64,000 bases of DNA, from contig JACQEX010000030.1 of assembly GCA_016200345.1 (NCBI GenBank), forward strand, positions 6,242-70,241, in the 5' to 3' direction. This stretch comes from Nitrospinota bacterium. GTDB lineage: Bacteria; Nitrospinota_A; UBA7883; JACRGQ01. The notes under the pieces were generated by a model. The model was not told the origin of the DNA. It was given only the letters and a program-made list of their open reading frames with translations, and did no database searches. Shown here piece after piece: positions 9,643 to 19,460 of the stretch (the first letter of the stretch is position 1; each line of letters starts with the position of its first letter). The position numbers and the translations under genes are program-made.

Positions 9643-11187
9643 CTACTTCATTATCGTATGAATAAATTCCAACAGTTCATGTTTTTCGACCGATTTTTTG
9701 TTGCCGACTATCTGCACCGCAAGCGCGCCGACCACGTTCCCTATAAATGAGACCAATTCCATCGGCAGGCCGGAGGCGAGGCACGGCGCGGTGTATGCGA
9801 AAAAGGCGTCCCCCGCGCCGACGGTGTCCACGACCTTGGAGGTGAAGATCGGCGTGGAACTCAGCTCCCTCTTTTCGTTTATCCCTATGGATCCCCTTTT
9901 GCTCATCGTAACAATGACGTTGGCGGCGTTGATGACTTTTGACATTTTTTTTATTATGTCGTCCACGCTTCCAAACTTGTCCTGCGAGGCCAGCCGAACC
10001 TCCCCCTCGTCCAGGCAGACGAAAAACGGGTTGCTGTACTTGGTTATAAGGTTGTAGCCGGTGTTGGCCCCGTTGCTTTGGGTGTTGATTCCAAACCGAA
10101 CGCCGGACTCCTTGACCGCCTCGTAAATCTTTTGCGTTATGAAGCCGTGGCCAAAATCGGAGATTAAAACCACATCGTACCCCTTGGCCGTTTCCTTTAT
10201 GTGCGAGACAATTTTAGACTCAAGGTCTCCCTTCACGTATTCGTCGTTAAGATAGTTAACCTCGAACAGCTTTTGGTTGTTTTGTTGCTGTATGTACCTT
10301 TTCTTTATGATGGTCGGGCCGTCGGCGCGCGTGAAGAATTTCGCGTTGACTCCCGGCTTAAGATTTCTGGAGACAAACTCCTCCCTGGAGTCATGGGAAC
10401 CGAGGAGCGAGACAAGATGAACCTCCTTGCAAAAACCTGCGATATGGTTTGCGATTGCAAACGCGCCCCCGGCGAAAATCTCCTGGGATAGATATTTGTT
10501 CACCACCAGGTTCGCCTTGGAGGAACGACCAAGGGGCGTGGTGTAAAAATATTCGTCAATGATGCCGTCACCCACCAGCAAAACCTTCATGTCCTTAAGG
10601 TCGTCTATCGCCTTGGCGATCTGTTCAAAACTGTATTTTCGCTTAAAATCCCCCAAATACCTTTTTGTCTCCGGCGGATAATCGTCCAGAAAACTGTTGA
10701 TGACGTTTGAAGAGCTAAACGAGATGCCCGACGTCTGGCGTATGTCCACCTGCCCGAACAGCAGGGATTTCTCCGCCTCGGAAAGTTTTTCGTCTATGTT
10801 TCTCTGCGACGCCCTGTAGGACTGCCCCTTTGCAAAAATATCTGGCTTGATTGTCTTTAGGCACTCGTAGGTTATTTCGTCGTCCACAAGGCAAACGTAG
10901 TCCACCTGCGAGCAGGTGGCCGCGATTACGGCCCGCATCTCCTCCGGGAAAATGGGCCTTCCGGGGCCGAGCTTCACGTCCTTGTCCTTTACCACCGCGA
11001 CAACAAGCACGTCGCCAAGGGCCTTGGCGTCCTCGAGGTGCATGACTATTCCCGGATGTATGATGTCGTAAACTCCGAGACTGAGCACGACTTTTTTGCC
11101 GCCCGCCTGTAGCTCGCGCACCTTGGCTATAAGGTCGGACACCAACAAAATTTTAGGATGCTTGGGATTCAGTTTATAACCTGCCAT
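9643..11187 (-). CDS. Bifunctional sugar-phosphate nucleotidyltransferase / PfkB-family sugar kinase (HldE-like, domain order inverted)
   Basis: N-terminal cytidylyltransferase-fold (VYDIIHPG, HxGH-like) followed by a ribokinase/PfkB domain with the C-terminal DTVGAGDAF signature. E. coli HldE has kinase first, then adenylyltransferase. Confidence 0.7.
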   Translation of the reverse strand: MAGYKLNPKHPKILLVSDLIAKVRELQAGGKKVVLSLGVYDIIHPGIVMHLEDAKALGDVLVVAVVKDKDVKLGPGRPIFPEEMRAVIAATCSQVDYVCLVDDEITYECLKTIKPDIFAKGQSYRASQRNIDEKLSEAEKSLLFGQVDIRQTSGISFSSSNVINSFLDDYPPETKRYLGDFKRKYSFEQIAKAIDDLKDMKVLLVGDGIIDEYFYTTPLGRSSKANLVVNKYLSQEIFAGGAFAIANHIAGFCKEVHLVSLLGSHDSREEFVSRNLKPGVNAKFFTRADGPTIIKKRYIQQQNNQKLFEVNYLNDEYVKGDLESKIVSHIKETAKGYDVVLISDFGHGFITQKIYEAVKESGVRFGINTQSNGANTGYNLITKYSNPFFVCLDEGEVRLASQDKFGSVDDIIKKMSKVINAANVIVTMSKRGSIGINEKRELSSTPIFTSKVVDTVGAGDAFFAYTAPCLASGLPMELVSFIGNVVGALAVQIVGNKKSVEKHELLEFIHTIMK

Positions 11188-11189
11188 TT

Positions 11190-11660
11190 TTATCTCTTCA
11201 AAAAATGTTCGTTAAGCAATTTTGTGGAGGAGAAAACAATCTCGTGGGTGAATCTCAATTCGGCCCCGATTTCTTGGATGACTTTTGCCTCCCTCTGGAT
11301 TTTGCCGGTCTTGTCCTCCAGTTTCTCAAACTCCTGCCCCTTCACGTAAATATCGGGCCTTAGCAACCTAAGCGTCTCCTCCGCGGTCGGCCATTTGTTG
11401 ACGGCCACGTAGTCAACGCACTCCAACGCCGCAATGGATTCGGCGCGCAAGTCCTGATTGTAAACCGGCCTCCCCGGCCCTTTATCAACATATTTGTCCT
11501 CGGTAAGAGTCACCACCAGCACGTCCCCGAATTTTTTGGCCGCCTGAAAATATTTGATGTGTCCCGGATGCAACAGGTCAAAACAGCCGTGGCAGTGCAC
11601 AATCTTCTTTCCCGACGATTTCAATTCCTTTATCACCGGGGCGAGGGCGTCCAAATCCAT
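11190..11660 (-). CDS. Cytidylyltransferase-fold protein (TagD/RfaE domain II-like)
   Basis: HCHGCFDLLHPGH nucleotidyltransferase motif. Start set at the internal ATG 11660 (MDLDALAPV), which has a GGAGGA RBS 13 nt upstream; the longer track ORF would overlap the upstream gene by 230 nt. Confidence 0.65.
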   Translation of the reverse strand: MDLDALAPVIKELKSSGKKIVHCHGCFDLLHPGHIKYFQAAKKFGDVLVVTLTEDKYVDKGPGRPVYNQDLRAESIAALECVDYVAVNKWPTAEETLRLLRPDIYVKGQEFEKLEDKTGKIQREAKVIQEIGAELRFTHEIVFSSTKLLNEHFLKR

Positions 11661-11665
11661 TATTT

Positions 11666-12676
11666 TCAACGTCTCCTCCCCTTTGCGGTTGTGGCGAGCG
11701 GCCCGCGTTCGAACCGGTTTATTTGCGACCACAACTCCGGAATCGTGTCGCCGTGCCGCCCCTTCACGTAAAAGCTCTCGCCGCCGTCCTGCACCGTCCT
11801 CACCAACATCGTCTTCCACGGCCTGAAATAATACTGTGCGTCGCTCTTTTTCGGCTCCTTCCCGACGTCGCCGGAAAGTTGGTGAAGGTCGCACACCAGC
11901 GTCGAAAATTTTGCTATTCTCCCTCGCTTCTGCCGGGCGATGTTTCGCGCCATGCTCAGCGCCTTCAGGTAAATTTCTGGCGCCATCACGGAACTTCCGA
12001 AATTCATGGCGACCCCGCCCTCAAGGTTTTGAACGACCGAGGCGTACCTTAAAAAATCGTTGTACGACAACGCGCCTGTTGCAGCGCCGTCGCAATTTGG
12101 GTGCTCGTGCAATATGTCGTACCCTATTCCCACGTGGATGGTAACCGGTATGCCGAGCCGGTAGCCCGCGGCAAGCACGCTTATCTCCTTGTGCGGGAAA
12201 TTGCCATTTTCAATCACCCCGCCGATCGCCTCGCCCATCCCGACCTTTTTGTCCTTTTTATGCGCCTTGTTTATGTGGTCGTTTAAAAATCCGGTTTCCT
12301 TCCAAAGGCCGAACTCGCCGCGCCGTATATATTTACTAACGCTTTCCGTCGTGGCGCCAATCAGCGCAAACTCATAATCGTGAATCATCCCGGAGCCGTT
12401 AAACGCGAGGCAGGACACATATCCGCGCTCCATGAGGTCAATTAAATACCGCTGAACGCCGTCCCGCAAAACGTGGCCCCCCGCCATCAGTATCACCGAC
12501 CTTCCGTTGCGGCGCGCCCTTACGATTCGTTTCCCAACCTCCGCCAAAGAGTTGTTGCCGCATGGAACCGGGTTCAAACCCATAATCGCGCCGACGTTTA
12601 GGTCGTTGACCCTTTTGCCAAGGTCTTTGACGAGCAATTTTTTCCTGTCAATCATCTTGTTCATCTTCCGGGTCAA
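11666..12676 (-). CDS. Deoxyhypusine-synthase-like protein (tentative)
   Basis: Segment SVILMAGGHVLRDGVQRYLIDLMERGYVSCLAFNGSGMIHD aligns by eye with the DHS motif [35 protein letters not shown]. The assignment comes from memory only. Confidence 0.35.
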   Translation of the reverse strand: MTRKMNKMIDRKKLLVKDLGKRVNDLNVGAIMGLNPVPCGNNSLAEVGKRIVRARRNGRSVILMAGGHVLRDGVQRYLIDLMERGYVSCLAFNGSGMIHDYEFALIGATTESVSKYIRRGEFGLWKETGFLNDHINKAHKKDKKVGMGEAIGGVIENGNFPHKEISVLAAGYRLGIPVTIHVGIGYDILHEHPNCDGAATGALSYNDFLRYASVVQNLEGGVAMNFGSSVMAPEIYLKALSMARNIARQKRGRIAKFSTLVCDLHQLSGDVGKEPKKSDAQYYFRPWKTMLVRTVQDGGESFYVKGRHGDTIPELWSQINRFERGPLATTAKGRRR

Positions 12677-13818
12677 CCTTGGGCGCCTTGAAACTCTTTT
12701 TTCAAAGGCACCCCCAGTTTTTGCATTAATTTAACGAACCTGGTGTTGCCCGGGTCGTAGTGCATTATTTTTTCCATTGTTTCACGGCTGGATTTCAACC
12801 ACTCTTCCTCCCCGACTCTTTTCAAATATCCAAGAATCCTTACGACCTCTTCTTCCGAGGGAATATTCGACCAGAAAGGCCCCGAATCCCCGATGCGGGC
12901 CGGCCAGCCAAAATCAAACGCATCACCAAACTCGCTTATCAAACGCTTTCGAAACGTAAAGAGCGCGGTCTTTATTCCGCGCGCGGCGGTCTCGTACAAC
13001 AAATTCGACTCCGTGCCAACCACGTACTCGCTGGCGCAGGCCAGCTCGTAACTGCTCCACTTCCGTTTCCTCGGGGAATACGTCCACCCTTCCTTCCCAA
13101 GCAGGGTCTCGTATTTTTCCCTCTCTTCCGGGAATTCCGGGGCGCTCCGTCCGGCGACGAACAACTCAAAATTTGATTCGACGCAGAATTTCTTTAACAG
13201 CGGCAGGACGATGCGCTCTGATACCACAAATTCGTCCCATCCTATTATCCTCTTCGTGCCGGGCAGAACAACCAGGGACTCGTTTGGCTCGTAGACCGAC
13301 ACAAACACGACCCTGTTTTTTTTAATCGGCAAACCTGGAAATAAGTTGTTTCTAAAACATCCGATTATCTCGTAATTCCCGCGCACATATTCCTTATATT
13401 TTTCCCCTATCTCACGCGCGTGAACCAGCATGTAGTCAACCCGCCAGTCCTTGCCCTGTTTTATCTCGTCCATCGCGTCGAACGAGCGCCACCCGTTTTG
13501 TATGAAGACGGTGGTGATTTCCGGAAATGCCTTTTTTAGCGTGTAAAATCTGGGATTGTTGTCAATAAAGGTCAGGCAGACCCTCGGCGACACAAATCCG
13601 ACGTACAACTCGAAATAGTTTTTGCGGAGCAGGACGCTCAGTATTAGGACATAAAGGTTGAACGACTCCCCCCTTGTGTCCAAAATATGAACCCCCGCCG
13701 GATCCAAATACTCAAAAATTTCCTCGGATCCGACCCGGTCGAAAATGAGAATTTCCGCCTTTTGTGGTCTGCGAAAACCAAAACTACGGCTTTTTAAAAC
13801 CAGCCTGACCTTGCTCAC
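12673..13818 (-). CDS. Hypothetical polysaccharide biosynthesis protein (possible TagF-like/GT-B fold)
   Basis: 381 aa. C-terminal VVGTESNLLYETAARGIKTALF resembles the TagF/GT-B donor-binding segment. Weak. Confidence 0.3.
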   Translation of the reverse strand: MSKVRLVLKSRSFGFRRPQKAEILIFDRVGSEEIFEYLDPAGVHILDTRGESFNLYVLILSVLLRKNYFELYVGFVSPRVCLTFIDNNPRFYTLKKAFPEITTVFIQNGWRSFDAMDEIKQGKDWRVDYMLVHAREIGEKYKEYVRGNYEIIGCFRNNLFPGLPIKKNRVVFVSVYEPNESLVVLPGTKRIIGWDEFVVSERIVLPLLKKFCVESNFELFVAGRSAPEFPEEREKYETLLGKEGWTYSPRKRKWSSYELACASEYVVGTESNLLYETAARGIKTALFTFRKRLISEFGDAFDFGWPARIGDSGPFWSNIPSEEEVVRILGYLKRVGEEEWLKSSRETMEKIMHYDPGNTRFVKLMQKLGVPLKKEFQGAQG

Positions 13819-13895
13819 AAACGCGATTAACTTATCCTTAATGAAAAGCCCCCTTTTGGTTAAACTCAGTTATTTTTAGCGGCGAAAAAATCGCT

Positions 13896-15284
13896 TCAGG
13901 TTTGTCTAAATCCCCTGAACGTCGCGTCCCTGCTGGAATAAAGATGCTTGACCTGGTTGAGCACGTTTGCCGACATTTTATCGTAGTAGTTCTTCGTGAG
14001 GGCCATGTTCGCCTCCGTCATTGCGGCGTAAAACTCGTCGTCCGTCATGTTCGTAAAGTTAACCGCCAGCAAGTCGGAGTTTGTGTGCTTGTTCTCGTAA
14101 AAATCCTCCACGTCCTTCAGCAACCCCTCCTTTATGGCGTGGTAGTAAAGGGGCGAGCCGGGATAAGGCGTAACGGGGCGAATGGTCCGCATCTGCGCGC
14201 CGTCGTCGTACTTTAAAAGGAAATCCACCCCTTTTTGGAGCGTCTCCCTCCCCTCGCCGATGTTGCCGAAAATAATGTTGTAGCCGGGGCTTATGCCCGC
14301 GGCGAGCGTGGCCTCAATTCCGCTTATCACCTGTTTTACGGTGAGACCCTTTTTCATGTTCTTGAGTATTTGGTCGTCCATCGCCTCGATGCCGTAGTTG
14401 ATGAAAACGCACCCTGATTTTTTCATGAGTTTCAACAATTCCGGCCGGGCGTAGTTGAGGCGTCCGTTGCAGTTCCATTTCACGTTTAAGCCGGCCTTAA
14501 TAAACCCCTCGGCAATCTCCTCCGTTCGCTCCACCGAGGACATCAGCAGTTCGTCGTAAAACGCAAAGTATGTGATTCCATAGTCCTTTTTCAAAAGCCG
14601 CATTTCTTCCACGATGTACTCGACCTTACGCGGCCTGAAGCCCTTGTCCATTCGGTAGCAAAAATTGCAGGTGAAGGTGCAACCCCTTCCCGACAAAATT
14701 GGAAGCGCGAACTCCGACTTCAGGATGTGCGGCATTCGCGTCATCCTATAATGCTCGATTGGGAACTTGTGGTAGGCGGGAAAAGGAATCGTGTCTATGT
14801 CCTTTATTAGGGCGCGCCTTGTGTTTGTAACCACCTTGTCCCCGTCGCGGTGGGCGATTCCGGCTATTCCCGCAAGTCCGCTTTTGTCCGAAAGGGCCTT
14901 GAAAAGTTCGACCGTCGTGTCCTCCCCCTCCCCGATGACAATAATGTCGGCCTGGGTCTTTTTCAAAAAGAAGTCCGGCTCCGGCGACGGCCCGTGTCCG
15001 CCGATTATGAAAATCGGGCGGTTTTTCGACCGATTTATGGCGTCGGAGAGTTTGAGAAGTTTGCGATACTGATAATATCCGGCTATGACGCTGACGCCGA
15101 CCACGTCGTATTTGGTCTCGTCAAGAACGCGGGTCAGTTCCTCGTCCTTGTAGTGGTGGATGTCCTGGTTATAGATGTCCACCTCGTGCCCTTCCCTCAT
15201 CAGTATGGCGGAAATATACGCCAGCGATATCGGGAACTCCGAAACATACGAGTCATTGTCATAAACCACCAATAATATTTTCAC
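13896..15284 (-). CDS. B12-binding (class B) radical SAM protein
   Basis: N-terminal B12-binding domain (KILLVVYDND...DVVGVSV) followed by CTFTCNFC. Confidence 0.8.
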   Translation of the reverse strand: MKILLVVYDNDSYVSEFPISLAYISAILMREGHEVDIYNQDIHHYKDEELTRVLDETKYDVVGVSVIAGYYQYRKLLKLSDAINRSKNRPIFIIGGHGPSPEPDFFLKKTQADIIVIGEGEDTTVELFKALSDKSGLAGIAGIAHRDGDKVVTNTRRALIKDIDTIPFPAYHKFPIEHYRMTRMPHILKSEFALPILSGRGCTFTCNFCYRMDKGFRPRKVEYIVEEMRLLKKDYGITYFAFYDELLMSSVERTEEIAEGFIKAGLNVKWNCNGRLNYARPELLKLMKKSGCVFINYGIEAMDDQILKNMKKGLTVKQVISGIEATLAAGISPGYNIIFGNIGEGRETLQKGVDFLLKYDDGAQMRTIRPVTPYPGSPLYYHAIKEGLLKDVEDFYENKHTNSDLLAVNFTNMTDDEFYAAMTEANMALTKNYYDKMSANVLNQVKHLYSSRDATFRGFRQT

Positions 15285-15323
15285 CGTTTCTGCCTCATTA
15301 AAATAGATTTTGCGTTCGAGTCG

Positions 15324-16628
15324 TCAGGTATTTACGACGGGACCGTTTTCCCGCCAATTCAACAAAGTTTTCGCCAGTATCTCGTGCGTAGTAAGCTCGC
15401 CGTCCGCGCCCGCCGACCTTAGATAACGCCATTCATACTCGGAGTATTTTTCAAGGTTGCACTCGCGTAGAAGCAAGGACGGCGTCAGCTCGTCCTTGGC
15501 GAGGTCCACCGGCTTGCTCCCGACGGCCCCTCCCATTACCTCCGCAAGTAAATTAGCGTGATAACTGTCCGGCATTCCCGGCACTTTCACCGGAACCACA
15601 GGTTTTTTGAAAAGCACCGCAAAACCAATCGACTGGCTTGAATGCATCAGCACCAGCTTGCTTCTCGCCACCAACTCGGCTGTTTTGTCCTTTACTATCT
15701 CCCTGCCCTCAAAAACGTCCGGCAACAAATCGTAGTTCATTCTCGGATGGGAGGCGATGACGATTTTAAGGCCCAGTTTTTTTTCAATGAAGTCAAAAAG
15801 ACGGTTCATCGGCGGATAATACCGCCCGGCGTCCGCCGGCTCCACGCCGGCCAGATAAAAATCGGGGTGCTCGGCGGCCCCTTCGTCCAAAAATACGCAG
15901 ATGTCCTCGCTCTTTGGCAACTTGTTTCCAAAACCGCGCAAGACCATTAGCGCCGCGTCGTAGTCGTGCGAATTTTTTGGCACTATTATGCCTTTGTCAA
16001 CGGCGCGCTCGTCCACAAACCGTTGGAGGGCCTCGGATTCCCCGCCAAAAATCAGGTTCGGCAACGGATAGACCATTCTATGCCTCGTTAGGAACACGAT
16101 AAGCCTCGACGCGAGGTAGTTAATGAAGTTGTACGGGCTGGACAGGGTTTTTGCTATCCGAGCCCGAAAATGGATTTTCTTCTGCCCCGTGTTCACGTTC
16201 GAGGAAGACGAAAAATCTATGACGCCTGACGCATAAATCGCATACCGGGCGTTTTGCCTTTTAAAAATTCTAAACATATGTTCTTCTCTAAGCGTCACGG
16301 CGGAATACCCCGTCACAAAGTCTATAAACATGGAGTCGCCCCGGTATTTTTTCACCAGGGCCTCATATTCCGCAAACGAGGCGACGCGATGCGTCGGCTC
16401 CCAGTTGAGCGGCTCCTTGACCATCTCAATCACCTTTGGGGCGCGGCGCCCGTTCAAAAGTAGGGTCAGGTCTATGAGAACCACCGCGAACCCCTTGCTC
16501 TTGAGATATTCCAAGCCCCATTTCTCCCCCTCGAACACGGCCACTGGCCTTTGAACGAGGAAAACTATGCGGTCTATTTTCCAATGCTCCGATCGCTTGG
16601 AATCGGGCGAGGTAATCAGGTTGCTCAT
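15324..16628 (-). CDS. Hypothetical protein, possible CDP-glycerol glycerophosphotransferase (TagF)-like
   Basis: 434 aa. C-terminal LVLMHSSQSIGFAVLFKKPVV resembles the TagF motif LITDYSSVxFDFxLLDKPII. Weak. Confidence 0.3.
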   Translation of the reverse strand: MSNLITSPDSKRSEHWKIDRIVFLVQRPVAVFEGEKWGLEYLKSKGFAVVLIDLTLLLNGRRAPKVIEMVKEPLNWEPTHRVASFAEYEALVKKYRGDSMFIDFVTGYSAVTLREEHMFRIFKRQNARYAIYASGVIDFSSSSNVNTGQKKIHFRARIAKTLSSPYNFINYLASRLIVFLTRHRMVYPLPNLIFGGESEALQRFVDERAVDKGIIVPKNSHDYDAALMVLRGFGNKLPKSEDICVFLDEGAAEHPDFYLAGVEPADAGRYYPPMNRLFDFIEKKLGLKIVIASHPRMNYDLLPDVFEGREIVKDKTAELVARSKLVLMHSSQSIGFAVLFKKPVVPVKVPGMPDSYHANLLAEVMGGAVGSKPVDLAKDELTPSLLLRECNLEKYSEYEWRYLRSAGADGELTTHEILAKTLLNWRENGPVVNT

Positions 16629-16646
16629 TCGCGGACTATTGGGAGC

Positions 16647-18671
16647 CTACAAAACCCTTATGTCGTAGTACAGGTCGGTTATCCTCATGTGTTCGCTCAT
16701 CTTCCTCATGGTGACGTTTCTGTTCGGGTGCTTGTACTGCGCCAGAAGCGTGTTCAACGCCTCCTTCTTTTCGTCCGAAAAATACAACTCGCAACGGACG
16801 TCCTTTTTGACGAGGGGCTTTTTGAATTTTTCGTCCCGCCACCCGAAGATGTCGTACTCGAACCCGACCTTGCGGACGGAGTCAAAATCAAGCTCCGCCT
16901 CGAAGTCCGATATGGTTTGCGAGGCAAAAAGCACCAGGTTTTCTATCTCCTTTTTACGTTCGGGCATCATACCGACGGCGACCTCCCTCACGAAGACGTC
17001 AAATTCCTTCTTGCACTCAAGCAGAACCCGCCACGTGTATTTTCCGTTTAATTTGCCTATCTCGCCGCGCTTAAGCATGTCGAAGTTCTCCGGCTTGCTG
17101 AAATGCGCACGAAGCTCCTCGGGGGTGGAAAACCACTCGCTTTTGGCCTCAGCCCTGAAGTCCTCGAAAATGCCTCCGACCCGGCCTTTGGCCTCGTTGG
17201 ATTTTTCCAGCATCTTGACAATGAAGTCAACGGGGTTTACGCCGTTCGAACCGAGGAATTTCAAAAGTTCAAAATAACAGCGGTAGTTCCAGAAAAACTG
17301 TATAAGCCAGTGCACGGGCCTGAAAAACAGCACCTCCTCCTCCGACATCGTGGAGGTAGAACGCACCCCCTCCTCAACCTCGAAGGACAGGAGCCCGTCA
17401 TAATTGCCGAAGGCGGTGTCCACCAACCGGAACATGGTCTTGATGGCGAACCTTTCCCTTTCCTGGGCCACGGTTAGTTCGCTACCGGCGATAAGAAGGC
17501 AGTTGTAACAAATCATGTAGCCGACGTCCCAGTCGAAAAGCCTCCTGATGGTGTTGATGTGGCTTTCCTTGGTCTCGCCCGGAAGCGCGAGTATTATCTC
17601 GGTTCCGGAAATTCCGCCCGTCTCGTTGGCCTGCTCGATTATCTCCTTGAAATGCGAGTAGTCTATGTTGCTTCTTTTGATGCTTTTAAGAACCACCGGA
17701 TCCAAGGACTGGAGGGAGGATATCAGCAGAGTGGCCTGCCCCATGATTTTTGCTATATCAATGCTCTTTTTCGTCTTTATCCAGTTGATGACGCATCTGC
17801 GCGGATAGTTTTTGGCCGCCTGAAGGTCGCGTATATGCTCCGCTATCTTCTCGTCCCTGGCCATTATGCCGAAGTTGGCGTCCGAAAAGGCGAAGAGATT
17901 CGTCTTCTCCACGCGCTCACCGATGTAGTCCAGCTCCTTGTGCACCCTCTCCAAATCAAACATCTTAATTTTGTTCTGCGATACCAGCCCCTGCGTGCAA
18001 AAGGTGCACGAGTAGGGGCAACCCCTGTTGGTCTCAACAATCGGAATGAGCGGTTCCTCAAAAAATTTATCCACCAGCCCCGTAAGGTACGGCGACGGGA
18101 TATCGTCAAGTTTTTGCAACCTTGGCAGGAATTTCCCGACGACCGGCTTTCCGTCCGCGAAGCAAACACAGCCGTCAACCGGCTCCCCCTTGGTTTTCGC
18201 CACGTCGCACCCGTTGGCCATGTAGCGCTCCAACAAATTCGCAAAGCCAACTTCCCCCTCGTTCACCACGCAGAAATCAACGGCGGGGTGCCTGCCCATG
18301 AATTCTTTGTATCCTACCTCCGAGTTATCCACGTTGGGGCCGCCCCACACTATCATCGTCTCGGGGTTCAGGGACCTCGCCAGCTTTGATATTTCGTTGT
18401 TGAGGTTTGAGTTCCAAACGTAATGGCTCATGCCGAGCACGTCGGGCGTTTTTTCCTTTAACCGCCTTATTAACCTATCCGGGTACTTGAACAGCTCCAC
18501 CTCGATTCTGTCGCCAAAGACCTTTTTGGCGTAGGCGGCTATAAACCCTATGTTCAGCGGGAACATGTGCGAGCCGTGGCCGAGGTAGTTGTGAACGAGA
18601 TCCGAAAGGTAAATTGTGGCTTTTTTATCTTTATTCATGATGCGAACTCCATTTGTATTCTGACATTCCAT
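16647..18671 (-). CDS. B12-binding (class B) radical SAM protein, large
   Basis: 674 aa (approx. 663 aa from M12). B12-binding N-terminus, CPYSCTFC motif and a long C-terminal extension. The real start is probably the internal MNKDKK at about 18638. Confidence 0.75.
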   Translation of the reverse strand: MECQNTNGVRIMNKDKKATIYLSDLVHNYLGHGSHMFPLNIGFIAAYAKKVFGDRIEVELFKYPDRLIRRLKEKTPDVLGMSHYVWNSNLNNEISKLARSLNPETMIVWGGPNVDNSEVGYKEFMGRHPAVDFCVVNEGEVGFANLLERYMANGCDVAKTKGEPVDGCVCFADGKPVVGKFLPRLQKLDDIPSPYLTGLVDKFFEEPLIPIVETNRGCPYSCTFCTQGLVSQNKIKMFDLERVHKELDYIGERVEKTNLFAFSDANFGIMARDEKIAEHIRDLQAAKNYPRRCVINWIKTKKSIDIAKIMGQATLLISSLQSLDPVVLKSIKRSNIDYSHFKEIIEQANETGGISGTEIILALPGETKESHINTIRRLFDWDVGYMICYNCLLIAGSELTVAQERERFAIKTMFRLVDTAFGNYDGLLSFEVEEGVRSTSTMSEEEVLFFRPVHWLIQFFWNYRCYFELLKFLGSNGVNPVDFIVKMLEKSNEAKGRVGGIFEDFRAEAKSEWFSTPEELRAHFSKPENFDMLKRGEIGKLNGKYTWRVLLECKKEFDVFVREVAVGMMPERKKEIENLVLFASQTISDFEAELDFDSVRKVGFEYDIFGWRDEKFKKPLVKKDVRCELYFSDEKKEALNTLLAQYKHPNRNVTMRKMSEHMRITDLYYDIRVL

Positions 18672-18674
18672 CTC

Positions 18675-19460
18675 TTAAAAAAAAGTTTTATATAGCGACG
18701 GGTTGCGATCCTGCGTCGTTGAAAATGTTTTTTTAAATTCCGAGACGCGACCCGCGTCCACGTCAAAAACGTCAAGCTCCCCGTCCGTCATTATGGGCGA
18801 AAGTTTTTCACCGTTTGGATTGATTATTTGCGTGCTTTTAACATACTCCAGACCGTTGCCGTCCGTTCCGACGCGGTTTACGCCGGCCACGAAAATCTGG
18901 TTTTCAATGGCCCTGGCCTTTAGCAGGGCGTTCCAATGGTCAATCCGCTTTGCCGGCCAGTTGGCGATGTTGATTATCAGTTCGCAGTTTTTGGCGAGCG
19001 CTCCGTAAATTTCCGGGAACCGTAGGTCGTAGCAAACCGTCAGCCCCACCGTCATGTCTCCAATCCGGGAAAAACATATTTTCTCCCCGCCGCTGAAGAC
19101 CTTGTCCTCGCCGGCAAAGGAAAACGGGTGTATCTTGGCGTATGTCCCGACGACCGCCCCGTTTGGGTCCAACATCACGCAATTATTAGTCGCCTTTTGT
19201 CCGTCCCGAAAAACAACGCCGAAAACAACGGCAATTTTAAATTCCGCCGAGAGTTTTTGAAAAAACTCCACGGTCTCTGACTCCCGCCCGTCCTCCGCCG
19301 TAGATTTAACGTTCATCGAAAAGGATGTCAGCGTCATTTCCGGGAAAACGACAAGCCCGGCGGATTGTTCCTTCGCCGTTTTAACGAAGGCGCGACACGC
19401 GTTCTTGTTGGCTTCCTTGTCTTCCCAGGCCTGGTTAAGCGAGACGAGCGCAACGCGCAT
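18675..19460 (-). CDS. Carbon-nitrogen hydrolase family protein (nitrilase/amidase superfamily)
   Basis: Glu (VVFPE), Lys (YAKIHPF) and Cys (VCYDLRFPE) catalytic triad pattern. Confidence 0.75.
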   Translation of the reverse strand: MRVALVSLNQAWEDKEANKNACRAFVKTAKEQSAGLVVFPEMTLTSFSMNVKSTAEDGRESETVEFFQKLSAEFKIAVVFGVVFRDGQKATNNCVMLDPNGAVVGTYAKIHPFSFAGEDKVFSGGEKICFSRIGDMTVGLTVCYDLRFPEIYGALAKNCELIINIANWPAKRIDHWNALLKARAIENQIFVAGVNRVGTDGNGLEYVKSTQIINPNGEKLSPIMTDGELDVFDVDAGRVSEFKKTFSTTQDRNPSLYKTFF

